Virus record (IMG/VR): IMGVR_UViG_3300042484_000872
Location: 1 to 48,337 of that record
Length of the DNA: 48,337 nucleotides
Origin: a virus
Taxonomy: Duplodnaviria; Heunggongvirae; Uroviricota; Caudoviricetes
Direction: 5' to 3' (one strand)
The translations under genes were made by a program, and so were the position numbers. The number at the start of each line of letters is the position of its first letter. Position 1 is the first letter of the stretch. Under the pieces are notes generated by a model. It searched no databases and was not told where the DNA came from. It saw only the letters and a list, made by a program, of their open reading frames with translations. Below, piece after piece: positions 44,259 through 48,337 of this stretch.

Positions 44259-47200
44259 TTAAATAGTGGTTGTAGTAGTGGTGGTAGTTATATTATCATT
44301 ATCAGTAATAGAACTTGGTACACAACTTCCAATTTGTGTTGCAGAATTAGTAATTATTCCTAAATTAGTTATAGCAATTAAATTATAAGGACTTATTCTA
44401 TTCACTGTATATGAATCTCCTAATGCATCTGTAAAAGATATGTTACAATCACATTCATAAATTGATGTAGCATTAATTGAACCAATGTTTAAATCTAATT
44501 CAATTGTAGATGTAAGATAATCATATTGTGTTATATAATAATCTGAAGATATTGAGTCTTGATTTATTACAAGAAGTTTTCCTCCTGTAGTATATAATAA
44601 ATTACCATAAGCAGCTCTATCTAATTGTAATGTAAAGATAGTAGTAGAAGATGCAGTTAATGTAGTGATGTCTAATTCTACAACTTCCTGTAAAGACGGT
44701 GTATCATTTATAGCAATTAATGTTGTAGTGTTTAAAGCAACAATTCCAGATGAAGTAGTAAATCCTACAGGTAGAGTTATTGTTCTATTATAGAATGCAC
44801 TGAATGGACTTAATGTAATATCCCACTCTATGATATCTGTATTGATAGACCACAACTTAGTTGATGTCATAGCTATACCAAGTGAGGCAGTGTAGCCTGG
44901 AACTGATAATAATGTCATATCGCTAATTCCTATATTATTTGAATAAATGTAATCTCCTGAACTAAATAAAATTCCACAACATTCTTCAATGATTGATACA
45001 ATAGTAGTAGTGCTACTTGTAGTTCCACAATCACAACTTCCTATTTCAGTTATCACTCCATCTAAAATGTAATAAGCAATGTTATCGTAAGCACTTTCAT
45101 CTGTATAATACCAACCATCAGGAACTAAATCACAACTTGTACTATATATATTATCATACATAATTTGACCTAATTCAAGACTATTTCCATTTGCAGTGAT
45201 AAGTGTTGGAACAAAGTCTAATAATACATCATTGTATATAGATATTGCTGCACATGCATCTGTTATACTTAATGTTGAATCTACAATAGGATCTGTACCA
45301 ATTTGATATCCTGATACAAATGTATATGAATTAAATGTAAATGGTCTTTGACAAATAGTAGTAGTAGTTGTAGGAGGTACAGTAATTAATCCTGTTCCAT
45401 CCAATATACAATCTGTAAATATACCTACACCTTCTAATGTACAGTCTATACCAATTGTGGTAGTACTAGTTGTTGTCATAGGAGTTTTTGTAGTGGTTGA
45501 TGCACTTGTATCAAACTTACCTGTGTTCTCACCAATAAGCATTGTGAAATCACCTTCAATATCTGTACAACATCCATTGATACCAGAATAGAAAAAGTTA
45601 TTCTCTCCAATATACCAATTAGGAATATAACTATGAAAACTTACCCACGTCTTAGTATTAAAATTAAATGATATTGTCCAAGATTTATTACAGAAATATT
45701 CAGGATCATTAAGATATACTTGTGTTCTGAACAATGTATTATTACTTAAATATTCTACATAGAACTCTTTAGTAACTGAATCATATTTAACATCTTTATC
45801 AATAGGTATATAATCTAATTTAGTAAGAATAACTCTATCAAACTTACTATCATATACACCATGTAAACCAATACCATTGAAATTATTATCTGTATCAACA
45901 CCTGGTATACTTACTAATTGTCCATCTACCATAATTTGTGTAGTTGGAAAATATCTTAATATTTCAAATGCTAAATGATCTGTAAAAAATCTATTCATAC
46001 CAGAACCAAATGCAGAAAGATCTACAGCTTCAGTTCCTGAAATTAAGAACACTTGTCCTCTCTTAGCATCTACAGTGATTTGTCCTTGAGGAATTTTTAA
46101 TAACATTCTATTCTGACTTCCTACATATCCAAGATCTGTTTCAGCAAAATCAATAGGAGGTGCTCCTGCAAACAATGAAGGATTACCCAAATAAGCTGCT
46201 TGAGGATTACTTGTATTCACTGTAAGTAAATTATTATACAACAATGACTTATTTTCAAACCTAGCTAATACAGCTTTATTCTGAATACCATCTAATGATA
46301 TAAGTGATCCATAGTTTTGAGGAAAATCATATAATGAAACTGGTTTATATGTTAACCAGTTATTTACTCTTACATCTGCATTAGTTATTTGTGGATCAGA
46401 ATATATTGCTCTAAATGGAAAGTATGTAAAGCAAAGTTGTTGTGTCCAATCAGGTGGTAAATATGTAAATGTATTTTCTTTATTCTGTTTAGAGAATGTT
46501 ACATTATAATAATATGTATTATCTTGAGCAATAGGAACAAAAGTTTCTTGTACCCAATCATCAGGAATACTTGTACTAACATGAGGCCAGAAATCTCCTT
46601 CTTTATTATTAAACGCTTGTCTAAGATCTACATTGTAAGAACTCTCACAATAGAAGTTAGGAATACCATATGCAAACAAATAGAAGTATCCATCATAGAA
46701 TGTTCTATTAGGATTAACATCTGGTGGTCCTGGTTCTTGATCATTAGGACAATCAAAGTTATGAGCTTTATATGAAATTATATTAGCAAGAATACCAGTT
46801 TCTTGTACTGCATAATTTTTAAGAATCGATCTAGCAGAGTGCCAATATTTTGGATAAGCTATGTTACCAATCTCATCATAAAATATATCTGAATCATTTG
46901 GAGCATTAACTCTATTATCTATAAAGAAAGGGAGTTTTGTTTTAAATGCAAATCTACTAATGAATGTATCTCCACCAAAAAGTGTAGCAGAACCAAGAAC
47001 ATTACCAGGAGTAATCATTCTTTGGAATCCTGTATCTACTGTTTCATATGAATACACTTGTCCCCATTGATTATCAAATATATTTTTTATTGAAGCATAA
47101 TATGAAACAACACTTATATCTTGTTCTTGAGCAGGTTTAGAACAAACTCCACTATCCGAAATAGTTATTCTTGATTTATCAGTTACAATAGATTCAGTTC

Positions 47201-48337
47201 CATATAACATATTAGGACTTTGATCTGGTAGAGGTAACGAAATTGTTGAACCATCTTTAGAACCAATTGTTCTTAAATAAACAGAAGATTCTCTTCTGTA
47301 GTTATTTACATTAAGTGTATCTCCAACAGATTGAACTCCTGGTATTAAATATAAAGATATATCAAGAGGTCTTTGTTTTACTTGTTCTCCATTAGGAATT
47401 GCTACACTATAATCATAACTAGCTATAGAGTTGAATGAATAAGCATAATTCTTTCTTGTTATACCATTAATGTATATAGAAAGATATGCTTGATATACAG
47501 TGAACATTCCTGTTGCATTAAATCCAACAGACATACTTCCTATTAATTCTGAAGCAGCAAGAGCATCTCTCTGAGCTTCTTCTGTAAGTAATCTATATTT
47601 AGCATTGTCTCTCACCTCAACAAAATGAGCTTTACCACCACCAAACATTACACTTTCTAATTTAAGTGTATCTGCTAAAAATGGTTGACCAAATGATGTA
47701 TCAGGTGAATTAAATATTTGTCTATATGCTAATGATGCATTTTCAGTAATAGTATCAGTAGGAGTTTCAATGTCACATCCTGAATCTACTCTATATTCAG
47801 TTGGTCCATCTATATGTTTTCCACAATGTCCACATCCTTCAGTACATACTGGGCGAGGTGATCCTGCTGGTACTCTAACAGAATATGCTCTATTAGCATC
47901 AAGGCTTCCCCAACCTCCAATCCATGTATTTTTACGACCTGCAATATAATCTATCCATTCTACTCTCCATCCTCTACATAGTCCTGTAGAAGAAATTCTA
48001 TATTCATCATAGTTACTATATGCAACATAATTAGATAAATTAGTTTGAAAAGGAAATACACCTGTAGTTTTTGTAGGTAATCCTAACATTATAGGTTTAC
48101 TAGTAGAACATTGAGGGAAAGTTCCTATTTCTGTAAATTTTCTTTTATCTGCTTTATTTGTATTACAATCTGTATATGATATTTCTGTATAAGGTAATCC
48201 TCCTTCAGGATCATCATTTAAAAACTGAATAGTAATAGTGTATGCATCGCAAAGTTGTGTCCATGCATTATTATTTTTATTTAAAAATGGATCTTTATTT
48301 ACATCATTATATGGGTAATTAGGGAAGTAAAAACTTT
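44259..48337 (-). CDS. Large tail protein (crAss-like stabilisation/muzzle type), 5' partial, with a Thr-rich C-terminal extension
   Basis: Frame stays open from the track's 48089 to the window edge (SFYFPNYPYNDVNKDPF...); FGGDTFI, YYYNVTFSKQN, DAKRGQVF and WVSFHSYIP motifs. Confidence 0.75.
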   Translation of the reverse strand, partial: SFYFPNYPYNDVNKDPFLNKNNNAWTQLCDAYTITIQFLNDDPEGGLPYTEISYTDCNTNKADKRKFTEIGTFPQCSTSKPIMLGLPTKTTGVFPFQTNLSNYVAYSNYDEYRISSTGLCRGWRVEWIDYIAGRKNTWIGGWGSLDANRAYSVRVPAGSPRPVCTEGCGHCGKHIDGPTEYRVDSGCDIETPTDTITENASLAYRQIFNSPDTSFGQPFLADTLKLESVMFGGGKAHFVEVRDNAKYRLLTEEAQRDALAASELIGSMSVGFNATGMFTVYQAYLSIYINGITRKNYAYSFNSIASYDYSVAIPNGEQVKQRPLDISLYLIPGVQSVGDTLNVNNYRRESSVYLRTIGSKDGSTISLPLPDQSPNMLYGTESIVTDKSRITISDSGVCSKPAQEQDISVVSYYASIKNIFDNQWGQVYSYETVDTGFQRMITPGNVLGSATLFGGDTFISRFAFKTKLPFFIDNRVNAPNDSDIFYDEIGNIAYPKYWHSARSILKNYAVQETGILANIISYKAHNFDCPNDQEPGPPDVNPNRTFYDGYFYLFAYGIPNFYCESSYNVDLRQAFNNKEGDFWPHVSTSIPDDWVQETFVPIAQDNTYYYNVTFSKQNKENTFTYLPPDWTQQLCFTYFPFRAIYSDPQITNADVRVNNWLTYKPVSLYDFPQNYGSLISLDGIQNKAVLARFENKSLLYNNLLTVNTSNPQAAYLGNPSLFAGAPPIDFAETDLGYVGSQNRMLLKIPQGQITVDAKRGQVFLISGTEAVDLSAFGSGMNRFFTDHLAFEILRYFPTTQIMVDGQLVSIPGVDTDNNFNGIGLHGVYDSKFDRVILTKLDYIPIDKDVKYDSVTKEFYVEYLSNNTLFRTQVYLNDPEYFCNKSWTISFNFNTKTWVSFHSYIPNWYIGENNFFYSGINGCCTDIEGDFTMLIGENTGKFDTSASTTTKTPMTTTSTTTIGIDCTLEGVGIFTDCILDGTGLITVPPTTTTTICQRPFTFNSYTFVSGYQIGTDPIVDSTLSITDACAAISIYNDVLLDFVPTLITANGNSLELGQIMYDNIYSTSCDLVPDGWYYTDESAYDNIAYYILDGVITEIGSCDCGTTSSTTTIVSIIEECCGILFSSGDYIYSNNIGISDMTLLSVPGYTASLGIAMTSTKLWSINTDIIEWDITLSPFSAFYNRTITLPVGFTTSSGIVALNTTTLIAINDTPSLQEVVELDITTLTASSTTIFTLQLDRAAYGNLLYTTGGKLLVINQDSISSDYYITQYDYLTSTIELDLNIGSINATSIYECDCNISFTDALGDSYTVNRISPYNLIAITNLGIITNSATQIGSCVPSSITDNDNITTTTTTTTI

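Larger units (their letters stand above)
1..48337. other. Segment of a crAss-like (Crassvirales-related) Bacteroidota phage genome: end of an early/middle block (+) and a late structural block (-)
   Basis: Dense phage-style gene packing with TAATG/ATGA overlaps; giant RNAP with DFDIDK; large cargo proteins; PhoH, thioredoxin and GroES-like accessory genes; TAnnTTTG promoters; no bacterial housekeeping genes or integrase seen. Confidence 0.88.

Noticed and set aside
1-48337. Stop-codon reassignment (TAG=Gln or TGA=Trp), as in some crAss-like phages
   Set aside because: Giant ORFs are intact under code 11; TAG (2280, 3327) and TGA (431, 1412, 14083) end genes at sensible, often coupled, boundaries.
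1-48337. tRNA, rRNA, integrase or att sites
   Set aside because: Intergenic gaps are short and AT-rich with no cloverleaf noticed, and no recombinase motifs were recognised; tRNAscan-SE was not run.

Overview
AT-rich 48 kb segment of a lytic Bacteroidota-infecting tailed phage, crAss-like (Crassvirales or a close environmental relative). The key marker is a 4635-aa virion RNA polymerase polyprotein with the catalytic DFDIDK motif, supported by Bacteroidota-type TAnnTTTG promoters. A short + strand block (1-4500) encodes an HNH-like protein, PhoH, thioredoxin, a GroES-like protein and a GT2-methyltransferase-GT2 cassette. It meets a long - strand structural block at a bidirectional terminator (~4510). 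The - strand block encodes a tail protein (5' partial), an HNH homing endonuclease, head cargo/ejection proteins (519, 1184, 899, 4635 and 1585 aa), a lysis cassette, fibre proteins, small poly-Thr decoration-like proteins and a chain of small Lys-rich proteins. Best candidate novel system: a phage-encoded virion O-glycosylation (mucin-like coat) module. A DxD glycosyltransferase with GT95/GT96-like motif order sits in the middle of five small poly-Thr proteins, a sixth poly-Thr extension is on the tail protein, and two GT2s and a sugar O-methyltransferase-like gene lie nearby. Second highlight: an FtsK-gamma DNA-binding domain inside the virion RNAP polyprotein. All family calls come from motif recognition by eye; no database searches were run.
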